A stretch of 64,000 bases of DNA from a virus (Duplodnaviria > Caudoviricetes): IMG/VR virus record IMGVR_UViG_2884371665_000002. The stretch is one strand, 5' to 3'. Below the pieces are notes generated by a model. It saw only the letters and a list, made by a program, of their open reading frames with translations. It searched no databases and had not been told where the DNA came from. This document shows positions 26,245 through 35,771 of this stretch, one piece after another (within the stretch, counting starts at the first letter, position 1; each line of letters starts with the position of its first letter). Both the position numbers and the translations under genes were made by a program.

Positions 26245-27964
26245 CCGCTATCAGCTGGAGGAGCTGCTAAAATCCGATCTGGAAGCCTCGGTGCGACTGG
26301 CACACGTCGGGCTGGACTGGAATACACTCTCCGAGGACGTGACAACGATGCACCGGCATTTCAATAAGCCGCAGCTGCGTTCGATGTCGGTAGGGGCCAA
26401 TGAAGAGTATGCCGTCTGGGGTCGTGGTACGGGGAAATCGGAAGGGCTGATTGCACCCAGAACGTTTCGAAACGTAGAGATCATGCCCCGCTCGCACGGT
26501 TGTTTTGTGGGTTCGACGTATCTGCAATTGCTTGAACGAACCCTGCCGCCGGTTATTAAGGGCTGGGAGCAGATGGGCTGGCAGCGGGGCCGTGATTTCT
26601 GGATCCGGGAGCGTCCGCCTAAACACCTCAACATTCCCCAGCCCATTGTTGGGCCCATCACGACCGAACACTGCATTTTCTTTCGCAATGGTGCGGTGGC
26701 CAGCATGGTTTCGCAGGATCGGCCCGGTAGTGCGAATGGTAAAACGGTGCACTGGATCGCCGGGGATGAAGCCAAGTTTTTAGATAAACAAAAGCTTGAC
26801 AATGAACTGCTGATGACCAACCGGGGGGATGAACGCTACTTTGGCGGCATCCCTGAATTTCATAGTCTGCTCTTCTGCACCGATATGCCCACCTCCAAAG
26901 CTGCGATGTGGATACTGGAGGAAGAAAAACGGATGGATAAAAAGCGCATTCAGACCCTTCTTGACCTGCGCACCAAAATCTATTCGTTGTATGGAGCACT
27001 AGCGGCCTATCCGGGCAAGCGTAAATCCATCCTGAAGGAAATCATCAAGTTCCAGACCTTCTGGGATGAACTGCGAAAGAACACGGTTTATTTCTCGGAG
27101 GCCAGTACGCTGGATAACATCCACGGATTCGGTGCCAAAAACATTGCCCGGCTTCGGGAGAAGCTACCGACCTTCATCTTTCAGACGGCTATTCTCAACC
27201 GTCGCCCGTTTCTAACTGAAAACGCCTTTTATCCGGATCTGGATGAGCATCACTTCTACGATAAGGAAGATCATGCGTTTCTGGACTTACAGCCCGTCGA
27301 TCTGTTTGGTAAGGGCTTATTTGATGATAGCCGTAAGGATGCTGATGTCGATAAGTATCGGCCCCTCGATATTAGTCTGGACTATGGGGCACACATCAAC
27401 CCCATGCTGGTAGGCCAGCCACATGGTAGGGAGTATCGGATTCTCATGGAGTTATACGTCAGGCACCCTGACCGGGTAGCTGATCTGGCGCGCGCGTTCT
27501 GTCGCTACTACAAACACCATCCGGTTAAGATTGTCAATTACTTCTTTGATCATACCGCTATTGGGACAACGGCTACCTCGGCTAGCTCACCCAAGGATGT
27601 CTTCAAGGAGTATCTAATGAATGAAGGGTGGACAGTAGAGGATCGTTACCTAGGCCACACGCCTGATGCCGAGAACCGCTATGAACTATGGGGCCGTGCG
27701 CTAAGAGGAGGAGACAACCGGTTGTTTCGGGTAGCCTTCAACCGACACAATACCGAGTTCGTTCGTATCTCCATGCAACAGGCTCAGATTGAGCAAGGCA
27801 CCGTAGGCTTTCGGAAAGACAAGAAGGACGAAAAGAAATTGCACCTCGATCAGCGCGAAACGACCCACTTCTCTGATGCCATTGATAACCTCTTGTATGG
27901 GGCACACCTGTTACACCGCTTCGAGTCATCAAGTGGCGCACTGGATAGCATCTTCCTGACCTAG
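26216..27964 (+). CDS. terL: Terminase large subunit (probable ATG start at 26216)
   Basis: Walker A WGRGTGKS, Walker B WIAGDEAK, RNase H-like ISLDYG and HFSDAIDNL. Confidence 0.88.
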   Translation: MSQAPKILPDRYQLEELLKSDLEASVRLAHVGLDWNTLSEDVTTMHRHFNKPQLRSMSVGANEEYAVWGRGTGKSEGLIAPRTFRNVEIMPRSHGCFVGSTYLQLLERTLPPVIKGWEQMGWQRGRDFWIRERPPKHLNIPQPIVGPITTEHCIFFRNGAVASMVSQDRPGSANGKTVHWIAGDEAKFLDKQKLDNELLMTNRGDERYFGGIPEFHSLLFCTDMPTSKAAMWILEEEKRMDKKRIQTLLDLRTKIYSLYGALAAYPGKRKSILKEIIKFQTFWDELRKNTVYFSEASTLDNIHGFGAKNIARLREKLPTFIFQTAILNRRPFLTENAFYPDLDEHHFYDKEDHAFLDLQPVDLFGKGLFDDSRKDADVDKYRPLDISLDYGAHINPMLVGQPHGREYRILMELYVRHPDRVADLARAFCRYYKHHPVKIVNYFFDHTAIGTTATSASSPKDVFKEYLMNEGWTVEDRYLGHTPDAENRYELWGRALRGGDNRLFRVAFNRHNTEFVRISMQQAQIEQGTVGFRKDKKDEKKLHLDQRETTHFSDAIDNLLYGAHLLHRFESSSGALDSIFLT

Positions 27965-28041
27965 TGGCTTGCCTGTTGATGCCTGTTACGTAACACGTAT
28001 CAATCAGCTAACTGATAATCAAACACATCTGGACTGTGAAA

Positions 28042-28072
28042 ACAAGGGGCTGATAACACATCAGCCCCTTGT
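28042..28072. terminator. 13-bp hairpin after terL (terminator or packaging-site element)
   Basis: acaaggggctgat-aacac-atcagccccttgt. Confidence 0.55.
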
Positions 28073-28230
28073 CATATATGCCCCCCCCCACCCCCTGTGC
28101 AATTGCATTTCTCCCCTGTGCGTGGCATTGGGGGCATTCGCCCAGAAAGACGCGAAGCGTTCCAGAAAAAACAACCAACTCCCTGAAACAGAGTAGTTTA
28201 GACTAATTCTGAATTGCAAAAAAAGTAATA

Positions 28231-28267
28231 AAAGCGTTTGTAATTACAAACGCTTTGTGTATCTTTA
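28231..28267 (+). promoter_or_regulatory. ardC promoter with a perfect 26-bp palindromic operator
   Basis: aaagcgtttgtaattacaaacgcttt (28231-28256), then -7-like tatcttta (28260-28267). Confidence 0.7.
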
Positions 28268-28313
28268 TGTAGTGAAAGTCAGAGAGTTATACACATTTAA
28301 GCACTAAAAAAAC

Positions 28314-29222
28314 ATGGAAACGTCAAACGCAAAACGCGATCATTTTGCAGAAGTAACCAACAAAATTATTGCCAGTCTGGAAAAGGGTGTAGTGCCTTGG
28401 TATCAACCTTGGGGATTCGTAGAACCCGCGCAAAATCACTTTACGGGCCATCGATACCGGGGTATTAACTCGCTGTTAATGCTCATGGACAACTACCAAA
28501 CGCCCTATTTTGGCACCATCAAACAGATAAACGACGCAGGAGGGAGGGTAAAGAAGGGGAGCAAAAGCACTGCCGTTTATTTTCACGATTGCATTTACAA
28601 AGACAAAAATGGGGCACGACTCAGCGAGGCCCAAGCGACCGAGCGTATTAAATCGGGAGACAAAACCGTCAAAAAATACCCTTATCTACGGTTATATCCG
28701 GTTTTTAACATGGCCGATGTTGAAGGTTGCCCCATCAAACCTAGTTCCCAATTTGGGAATGAAGACAATCAGCCGCTTGCCGTTTGTCAGGATTTTTTAA
28801 CCAGTCTTGACAATGGCCCCCGCATTCTAAACTCACCCATAGAAGGTGCCTATTTTGAAAAAGTGCAGGACTACATTATGATGCCTGATTTAAACCGGTT
28901 TGTCAGTTCAGAAGCCTATTACGGTGTGCTGTTTCACGAGCTAACCCACTGGACGGGCCACAGTTCACGGCTGAACCGTGCCACCGTAACCGACGCGCTT
29001 AAGTTTGGCGATACCAATTACAGTAAAGAAGAGTTGATTGCAGAATTAGGAGCCTGTTTTTTGTGCCACCATCACGGCATAAACACCCCTGAAACGCAGC
29101 AGAATACAGAAAGTTATCTGGCGCACTGGATAGCTGTACTCAAAAAGAACAGCCGTTTCCTGTGGGAGTCGGCCAGCGAAGCCCAAGCCGCTTATAGCTA
29201 CCTCCTAGAGCTAACCGCTTAA
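28314..29222 (+). CDS. ardC: ArdC antirestriction / ssDNA-binding protein with a zincin-like domain
   Basis: LEKGVVPW..PW, YRGIN, GGRVKKG, VFN; HELTHWTGH..RLNR; YSKEELIAE. Confidence 0.9.
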   Translation: METSNAKRDHFAEVTNKIIASLEKGVVPWYQPWGFVEPAQNHFTGHRYRGINSLLMLMDNYQTPYFGTIKQINDAGGRVKKGSKSTAVYFHDCIYKDKNGARLSEAQATERIKSGDKTVKKYPYLRLYPVFNMADVEGCPIKPSSQFGNEDNQPLAVCQDFLTSLDNGPRILNSPIEGAYFEKVQDYIMMPDLNRFVSSEAYYGVLFHELTHWTGHSSRLNRATVTDALKFGDTNYSKEELIAELGACFLCHHHGINTPETQQNTESYLAHWIAVLKKNSRFLWESASEAQAAYSYLLELTA

Positions 29223-29344
29223 ACCTCCTTTTTTCTGGATAGCCTAGCACCCCGCTTTTGCGGGGGCGGGCGAATACACCCCAAATTATCACCTTACGTA
29301 GTACCTTAATTAATTCATAATCAATCAATTTACACATTTAAGCC

Positions 29345-29902
29345 ATGAAAAATACCCCAAACGTCAACGGTCAGACCTCGTCAAACGGAGCTAAAAACAA
29401 TTCACCGTTTACCATCACACCGGGCGAAGCCGTACCCGTAAGCAAACTGATCGAACAGGCAAAATTGCAGAATCCGGACGCGATTAAACAGCCGACAACC
29501 TACCCTCAACCCGCGAAACCTGAACCAGAAGAAACAACGCCAGCCCCCCAAACCGCGAGTGCAATTGCACCGGAGCCTACACTCGTTGTCGAAACGCCAG
29601 CCAGCCGGAGCCGAGCCGAAGAAATTGAATTTCAGGTTGACAAAGCGCAGAAACTGCAACTCATTAACACGCAGTTACTGAGTTTGAAAGCTAAACAAGC
29701 CGAGTTAAAGCAGTTTAGTTACGCAGTCGATAAGGACGAAGATTACCGCTATGGGCGTATTGTCATCTATGACGATGCCAACCGGGAGTTTATTTGCAAA
29801 AATCACGGTCTGGCCGCTATCGTCGTAGAGAGCTTGAAAACGCTGTTCGGTGAAAAGATCGAGGAGAAAGAGAACGAACTGCTAACCGTCTCTAAATCGT
29901 GA
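29345..29902 (+). CDS. Hypothetical protein (Pro-rich linker plus coiled coil)
   Basis: Second gene of the ardC cassette. Confidence 0.55.
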   Translation: MKNTPNVNGQTSSNGAKNNSPFTITPGEAVPVSKLIEQAKLQNPDAIKQPTTYPQPAKPEPEETTPAPQTASAIAPEPTLVVETPASRSRAEEIEFQVDKAQKLQLINTQLLSLKAKQAELKQFSYAVDKDEDYRYGRIVIYDDANREFICKNHGLAAIVVESLKTLFGEKIEEKENELLTVSKS

Positions 29903-30126
29903 GTGAGTTTGATTTATTGCTAGTGGACGAGTTGCGCCGGGAATTTCGGCGCACTCGCCCCCCGGTAAAAGTCCTAGAATGTGACTATACAGCCGGAATT
30001 TTTCGACTGACACACCGTCATCAGATAGGCTTCCGCATTTTCTGGTATCCTGCCAATCTATTGCACCCCTTGTGCTTTACGCTGAATAATACACAGTTTG
30101 AACTCATTGAGCCTTTACCATTATGA
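29899..30126 (+). CDS. Hypothetical protein
   Basis: Overlap-coupled with both neighbours. Confidence 0.45.
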   Translation: MSEFDLLLVDELRREFRRTRPPVKVLECDYTAGIFRLTHRHQIGFRIFWYPANLLHPLCFTLNNTQFELIEPLPL

Positions 30127-30596
30127 CCATAATACCCCAAGCCGCCAGCCGTTTGTTTTCGGTGGGCGAAATATCCGTACAGTACAATACAGACCGAAAC
30201 GTAAAACGCGAACAGGTAAAAGGAAGCCTTGACGCTTTTTACATTCTGCGCCAGTACTGGAGTAATCAGATAAACCGGCTGGAAGAATTTTACATCCTTT
30301 GTTTGAACCGAAATAACGAAGCAATAGGTATTTATCTGGTTTCCACGGGTGGCACATCGGGCACACTGGCTGACCCTAAAATCGTTTTTCAGGTTGCACT
30401 GGGTTGCCATGCCAGCAGTTTAATTATTGCCCACAACCACCCCAGTGGCAACATGGCCGCCAGTGAAGCCGATAAACAGCTAACCCGACGCTATAAGGAA
30501 ATTGGAAAGCTGTTAGATTGTACCCTGCTTGATCATTTGATTTTAGGGCCAGATCCGCACCTCTACTATTCGTTTGCCGATGAAGGATTGATGTAA
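30123..30596 (+). CDS. radC: RadC-like JAB/MPN domain protein
   Basis: EEFYILCLNRNN...GGTSGTLADPKIVFQ...IIAHNHPSG...SEAD...LLDHLIL. Confidence 0.9.
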   Translation: MTIIPQAASRLFSVGEISVQYNTDRNVKREQVKGSLDAFYILRQYWSNQINRLEEFYILCLNRNNEAIGIYLVSTGGTSGTLADPKIVFQVALGCHASSLIIAHNHPSGNMAASEADKQLTRRYKEIGKLLDCTLLDHLILGPDPHLYYSFADEGLM

Positions 30597-30611
30597 ACCC
30601 CCATTCTACCC

Positions 30612-31157
30612 ATGAATTATTTTATCAGAATATCACACCAGAATAACCCCGCAAACCGGCTCCAAGAGTATATTCTAAAACTGGTTGAAAAATACGACCA
30701 CCTTCTTTGTGAAGATGCCGAGACGATTTTTACGCAGGTTGAACAGTTAGTCAGTCAGGCAAACCGCGCTTATCCGCGCTGTACGGCCCAGAAAGCACAA
30801 GCCAGCCACGACCACAAAAGTAAAACCCTGAACAGTTTTCATGTGGGCGGTCTGTTTACCATGAGCGTACACAAGGTAGCCGGACAGCACCCTAAGCCAA
30901 CCGATCATCCCCCCGCACAACCAGCTCAGGCATTACCACTATCGCCAGCCGAGGAACAACCCGCCACCAGCCAGCCCCGACAGGCTATTTTAAAGAGCCG
31001 CGAAGATGATACCATTATTCGCCTAGAGTTCTGGAATCGGTTTTCATCTCGTACGCAAACCCTGCTTACCAAAGGCGTGATCTGGAATATTTATTACGAT
31101 GCCTCCAAAAATATCGTAGCAGAAGAGTTTGGAGGACAGATTCACCCCGCATTCTAA
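30612..31157 (+). CDS. Hypothetical protein
   Basis: Last gene of the cassette. Confidence 0.5.
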   Translation: MNYFIRISHQNNPANRLQEYILKLVEKYDHLLCEDAETIFTQVEQLVSQANRAYPRCTAQKAQASHDHKSKTLNSFHVGGLFTMSVHKVAGQHPKPTDHPPAQPAQALPLSPAEEQPATSQPRQAILKSREDDTIIRLEFWNRFSSRTQTLLTKGVIWNIYYDASKNIVAEEFGGQIHPAF

Positions 31158-31372
31158 TCAAACAGCTTCCTGTACTAGTTGCCCGTAGCACCCTGCTATG
31201 GGCTTTTTTGTGGCTTGTATAACTAAAAGATTAGTTGATTTGTAGCGAAGTGACTTCTTTTTTTCTTTTCCTTGCTTGGGGAAAAGAAATAAAGAAGCAA
31301 AAAAAGAAAAGCCCGCTATTGGCCTGCCGAGGAAGCAGCCTCTACCCACTTGCTGACGCTTTCAGTAAGAAC

Positions 31373-31403
31373 AAAACACCCCCGACGCAAAGCTCCGAGG
31401 GTG
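31373..31403 (-). terminator. Minus-strand intrinsic terminator for the 31648->31433 transcript
   Basis: caccctcgg...tcgggggtg followed by tttt; the G-U wobbles pair only on the minus strand. Confidence 0.65.
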
Positions 31404-31432
31404 AATAATTACACATTTAAGTTCTTGACTGC

Positions 31433-31648
31433 CTAGCCTGGCAGTATCCATATCTTTTCCTGTTTAACCAGAAAGCCTGCTTTCTCCAGCAAAGCTTCCT
31501 TGCGATCCAGGGTGATGCCTTTGCCGTTTTTGAGCATGAAAGCCGCCTGGCGACGATCTGCGGTCGGTAAGCCCGTTAGTGACCAGTAATACGGGTCGTT
31601 GACCAGTATGTCGAATGCGTCGTGCGTGGTTTTTTCGCTGCTTGCCAT
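31433..31648 (-). CDS. Small protein, candidate repressor of the ardC cassette
   Basis: 71 aa from ATG 31648; preceded by a palindrome related to the ardC operator. Confidence 0.5.
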   Translation of the reverse strand: MASSEKTTHDAFDILVNDPYYWSLTGLPTADRRQAAFMLKNGKGITLDRKEALLEKAGFLVKQEKIWILPG

Positions 31649-31651
31649 GCA

Positions 31652-31686
31652 CAAAAATACAAAAAAGCGTTATGAATTCATAACGC
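31652..31686 (-). promoter_or_regulatory. Promoter with a 20-bp palindromic operator related to the ardC operator
   Basis: gcgttatgaattcataacgc (31667-31686); minus-strand -7 box tatttttg (31659-31652). Confidence 0.65.
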
Positions 31687-31766
31687 CTCTACAAGTCTTT
31701 ATTGATGCAAACTATTTTCTAAAAAAAATCCAATTTAGCCCAAACCCAAGAAGAGCTGCTTGATCT

Positions 31767-31916
31767 TTAAATATTGTTACCCTCGAGTCGGTTGAGCAGG
31801 TCGGTAACCGCATCATGGCCCACCCCCCTGTCAGTTAAGCGAGCCAGGCCGGTGGCCGTCGTCTGTCCTAAGCTACTGAGCAGGTAATCGGTCTAGAGGT
31901 CAAGATTTGTTTGCAT
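31767..31916 (-). pseudogene. N-terminal fragment of an IS701-family-like transposase with an in-frame TAG
   Basis: Translates MQTNLDL*TDYLLSSLGQTTATGLARLTDRGVGHDAVTDLLNR. Confidence 0.6.
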
Positions 31917-31967
31917 ACCCAAATTTATACCGTCCGCCCAAAAGCTGGTGTAACATCAGATGTAAAT

Positions 31968-31997
31968 TAGCAAGTACACTTGGGAGTGTACTTGCTA
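31968..31997. terminator. 13-bp hairpin downstream of 32065..32490
   Basis: tagcaagtacact-tggg-agtgtacttgcta. Confidence 0.6.
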
Positions 31998-32064
31998 TTT
32001 GAAATTTAACTAAAAAGAGATTTGATGGAATCGAGATAACTTATGTTACGATTATTAAACCGAG

Positions 32065-32490
32065 TTAATCTTTCGACTGGGTTTCGATGTATTGAATCTG
32101 GGGGCCAGCCGTTGCGTCTGTATAGAGTTTATAATACTCTGTTGCCTTAGGCTCGCCATACATTTTTTTGAGCATCGGATGAATGTCATAATTAGCCCCT
32201 TTTATCACCGGGTCCATAACGAACAAGTAAGCATACGTGCCGTTTTTCTCAGCTTTGGTCGGGTGTAAAATGCGCGTCTGTTTAAATAATTTCTGCTCTT
32301 CTTTACTCAGCTTACTGGCACCAGGCCAGAATATTTCGTGTATAAACCGTTCATACTGAGCCTTTTTGTTTGCTTTCACCGGATTCACAATAACCCATAC
32401 GGTTTCGCCTGATTTCGAGCGGGGTGTCTGAGCGAAGGTTGTAAACGAAGCCAGTACAAACGAAGCAAGAAGGAATAGTTTGGTTTTCAT
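32065..32490 (-). CDS. Secreted hypothetical protein (moron)
   Basis: Signal peptide MKTKLFLLASFVLASFTTFA-Q; antisense to the late genes; AT-rich flanks. Confidence 0.65.
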   Translation of the reverse strand: MKTKLFLLASFVLASFTTFAQTPRSKSGETVWVIVNPVKANKKAQYERFIHEIFWPGASKLSKEEQKLFKQTRILHPTKAEKNGTYAYLFVMDPVIKGANYDIHPMLKKMYGEPKATEYYKLYTDATAGPQIQYIETQSKD

Positions 32491-32730
32491 GATTTGTGGG
32501 CTTGTTTGTTAAGTGGATTGTAAAAGAAAGCGACAATGTAAAGTGCTCAATTTCAATAATTATATCCTTATTTTCGAGGATTTTAATTAAATTATAATAC
32601 CCTGATTTTAATGAAGCCATTATTAACTGGCGTAACGTCACTTATCTAATTAATTCAAATTGTTGATCCGTATTGGCCTAGACGTAACCGCTGATTAGAG
32701 CAGATTTTATAGGTAATCTATCTTCTTTCT

Positions 32731-32777
32731 GTCATCACGCCTGTAACGCCCATCCGAGCCTGCTCCGGCCAATTTGC
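32731..32777 (+). promoter_or_regulatory. Late-promoter box 4 (portal operon)
   Basis: Exact 18-mer at 32731-32748; caatttgc at 32770-32777; ATG at 32786. Confidence 0.75.
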
Positions 32778-32785
32778 TGCCCTTT

Positions 32786-33046
32786 ATGATCAAGGTAGTA
32801 GATATGGTGAAACAGATGCGGCTGACGGTTGGGCTGGGTAAGCCCAAACCCTTCAGCTGCATTTACGTAACCGCCGATCGGAAACGAAAAAAGGGTGGTC
32901 AATTCCGCGAATTACACAAGGCTGTGCTGCTTACCAGGAAGCGCACACCCAACCGTATGCTGCTGCTGCAACCCCTTGGTACCAAAAACCCGATTCTGGT
33001 TAGCCTCGATCTGATCATCTACTTCAACGGGCAACCAGTCTCATGA
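32786..33046 (+). CDS. Small phage protein preceding the portal
   Basis: YVTADRKRKKGGQF...LIIYFNGQPV; overlaps the portal start. Confidence 0.6.
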   Translation: MIKVVDMVKQMRLTVGLGKPKPFSCIYVTADRKRKKGGQFRELHKAVLLTRKRTPNRMLLLQPLGTKNPILVSLDLIIYFNGQPVS

Positions 33047-34458
33047 GCAGCGTTCATTATTTCCCAGGGGACTCTTACGACGTAGCCATTTTAAGTGCTG
33101 CGGGCATCAGCGTAGCACTAGAAAACGATAAACCCGCTCAGCATCGATCGGGCATCATTACCTCGTCCTTCGATGCGCCAGCTGGTAAACCAACATCAGT
33201 CATACCCGACTGGTCCATGTACCCCTCAGCGAGTGGCGATCTGATGCCCTGGGGCGAAGCCAATGATTTTCCCCAGCGTATTGTCAGTCTCTACCAGAAA
33301 GACCCCATCATTCCCACAACCCTGGGAAAAGTAGCGTCCATGCTCAAGGGTAGGGGCGTCATGGCCGTCGAAGAAGATCTCGACGACAATGGCGACGAAA
33401 TTGTACGGGCCCTGCCCAAAAACGATTTTATAACCGCCGAAATCAATGCTTTCCTCAACAACATCAATTTTCAGCTCTATCTGCGCGAAATGTCGGCCGA
33501 CGTGGCCTGGTTCTTCAACGGCTGGCCTGAAATGCTGCTCAGTAAGGATCGCAAGAAAATTGTGCAATTGCACCCGCTGAATGCCGAAGAGGTTCGCTGG
33601 TGCCGAATGGATAAAAACGGCAACCTGCCGTATGTATGGGTTAATGCCAACTGGCCCAACGTCACCACCTCCGATCCGAGGACCAAAACCGTACAGGCGC
33701 TCGATCCCTACCGATGGGACCGGGTAGACTGGCTACGCGGGCAATCGTTTTACAACTGCGTTTATCCGATTTCCTATCCAACCCCGGGCCAGCGGTTTTA
33801 TTCACTGGCTCACCACTATTCGATTGTGGAGTCGGGCTGGCTCGATGTGCACCTGGCGGTGCCCGCCTTCAAAAAATTCCTCCTCAAAAACCAGATGTCG
33901 ATCAAGCAGCACATTAAGGTCGACAAGGAGTACTGGGGTGAGCTCTACGGATCCGCCTACACTAACGAGAAATCGGAAGAGAAAAAAAGGGCGATGCGCA
34001 AAAAGTGGATCGACGATGTGATCAAAATGCTCACCAACGTCGAGAACGCCGGCGCCATGCTCGTGACCAGCATCGCTCAGTCACTGGACGGCAAATCGAC
34101 CCGCGATTACGTGCAGATTGTCCCGATTACTGACACCATGAAAGATGGTAAGTACATCGAGGATAACCTTGAAGCAGCTGCCAATATCTTTTATACGCTC
34201 GGTGTCGATCCTACCCTGGTTGGGTTTGCCGGTGGCTCCAAACAGGGTGAACGCTCCGGCGGCTCCGATAAACGGGAAGCCTACCTGATTGCCCTGCAAA
34301 TGCTGGCACCGTTCCGGGATATGCTCATCGAGCCGCTCGAATTCGTGGCCGAATTCAATGGCTGGAAAGCCCGCTTTCCCAATCTGCGTTTCCGCTTCCG
34401 GGATACACTGCTCACCACTCTGGATACCGGTGCCGGCACCCAGAAAACTTTAAGCTAA
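33043..34458 (+). CDS. Portal protein
   Basis: 471 aa; PWGEANDFPQ..., IFYTLGVDPTLVG, SGGSDKREA; position before the connector gene. Confidence 0.75.
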   Translation: MSSVHYFPGDSYDVAILSAAGISVALENDKPAQHRSGIITSSFDAPAGKPTSVIPDWSMYPSASGDLMPWGEANDFPQRIVSLYQKDPIIPTTLGKVASMLKGRGVMAVEEDLDDNGDEIVRALPKNDFITAEINAFLNNINFQLYLREMSADVAWFFNGWPEMLLSKDRKKIVQLHPLNAEEVRWCRMDKNGNLPYVWVNANWPNVTTSDPRTKTVQALDPYRWDRVDWLRGQSFYNCVYPISYPTPGQRFYSLAHHYSIVESGWLDVHLAVPAFKKFLLKNQMSIKQHIKVDKEYWGELYGSAYTNEKSEEKKRAMRKKWIDDVIKMLTNVENAGAMLVTSIAQSLDGKSTRDYVQIVPITDTMKDGKYIEDNLEAAANIFYTLGVDPTLVGFAGGSKQGERSGGSDKREAYLIALQMLAPFRDMLIEPLEFVAEFNGWKARFPNLRFRFRDTLLTTLDTGAGTQKTLS

Positions 34459-35399
34459 TGGCCCTGTTCACTGGAGAAATCAAGCAGTTTAGAGCCTATG
34501 TACCAGGCATTACCATCAACTTTTCGGTACCGGATGTGCTGCCCGAACTCGGGCAGACGCAGCAGCGTATTTTGCCCACGTTTTTTGGCGAAACGCTAGC
34601 CAGCCAACTCGTTGCCCTGGCTGATGAGCAGGACCTGACGGATCCCTACAAAAAACAGGCTTTACACCTGGCGCGAACAGCCGTCGCCCGCATTGGCTTT
34701 GCGGCCTATTTACCATTTTGCGAAGTGCAGATCGGTGATGATGGCATTACCATTACGGCCGTCGAAGGACGAAAAGCCGCCTTCGAATACCAGACCAACA
34801 AGCTGACCAGTTCGCTACTGGAGGTAGGCTGGCGGGCCGTCGATGAATTAATTCGCCTGGTAGACAGTAAACCGGATCTGTTTCCGGGCTGGCCCGACTC
34901 CCCTTATTACGACGAGCACCAGCAGGCGCTGTTTAAATCCCCGGCTGAATTCAGCAAATACTATCCCATCCAGGAGCGCTGGCTTACCTTCTGGGCACTC
35001 CGCCCCTTTATCCGGGCTGTTGAAGAGAATCAGGGCGAAGCCGGTAAGGCCCGGATCGATGCGCTGACAGATCTGCAAGCTGCCACCCGAACCAGTCTGG
35101 AGAAAAAGCTGCTGCGCGCTCTGGCCTATCAGAGTGTGCTGGAAGGATTACCCTTTTTATCCGTCGAGCTGAAGGGCGTCAATGTGCAGGTAAACTATGC
35201 ATCCCAATTTGGGAACGCTACCTATTTCGAGCCACCCAGTAAAGACCAGCTGGCTTTCGTGACCAGCAATCTGGAGCGCATGGCCGATCTGGCCTGGAGT
35301 GCCTTCGATACGGCCGTCATAGCCGCCTCTCCTGCACCAATTCAGGAAGAAACCATGGGCCAGGGCATCCTGGGCGGTGGACCTGTCACAATGCTGTAA
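34458..35399 (+). CDS. Probable head-tail connector (DUF6712-like)
   Basis: Directly after the portal; helical; GITI...AFEYQ motif. Confidence 0.55.
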   Translation: MALFTGEIKQFRAYVPGITINFSVPDVLPELGQTQQRILPTFFGETLASQLVALADEQDLTDPYKKQALHLARTAVARIGFAAYLPFCEVQIGDDGITITAVEGRKAAFEYQTNKLTSSLLEVGWRAVDELIRLVDSKPDLFPGWPDSPYYDEHQQALFKSPAEFSKYYPIQERWLTFWALRPFIRAVEENQGEAGKARIDALTDLQAATRTSLEKKLLRALAYQSVLEGLPFLSVELKGVNVQVNYASQFGNATYFEPPSKDQLAFVTSNLERMADLAWSAFDTAVIAASPAPIQEETMGQGILGGGPVTML

Positions 35400-35429
35400 A
35401 ACCTGCCAATCTACGAACCAATTACGCCC

Positions 35430-35771
35430 ATGGAAATCCAACCTAATAAGCCACAAGTACCCGCCTGGATCGAGTTTATCTTCGATAAACTGGTGATGAT
35501 TCTTCTGATTTTACTAGAAAACTGGCTGATCATCTTCATCTTCTGTATGGCGTTTGGCCAACTCTCCAGTTGCAAATCCAAGCCACAGAATCCCCCTCAA
35601 TCCGTCCCCATTACGCTCCCTGTTGATTCCGTTCGCCTACAACTTGAGCGAGAAGTCCAGTGGTCGACCAGTAAAGGCATGGCAACCACGAAAGAAAATT
35701 CAAAATCTGCCGTAACCGACTATGAAAAAGCTAAAGAGAAATTTGATAAAAGCAGCGTTACTCTGCCTTAG
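35430..35771 (+). CDS. Membrane or lipoprotein, spanin-like
   Basis: Hydrophobic segment ending LSSC; overlaps the next gene; upstream of the lysin. Confidence 0.45.
   Translation: MEIQPNKPQVPAWIEFIFDKLVMILLILLENWLIIFIFCMAFGQLSSCKSKPQNPPQSVPITLPVDSVRLQLEREVQWSTSKGMATTKENSKSAVTDYEKAKEKFDKSSVTLP

Noticed and set aside
27969-28196. ORF after terL
   Set aside because: It runs through a hairpin and a poly-C tract with a TTG start; most likely non-coding.
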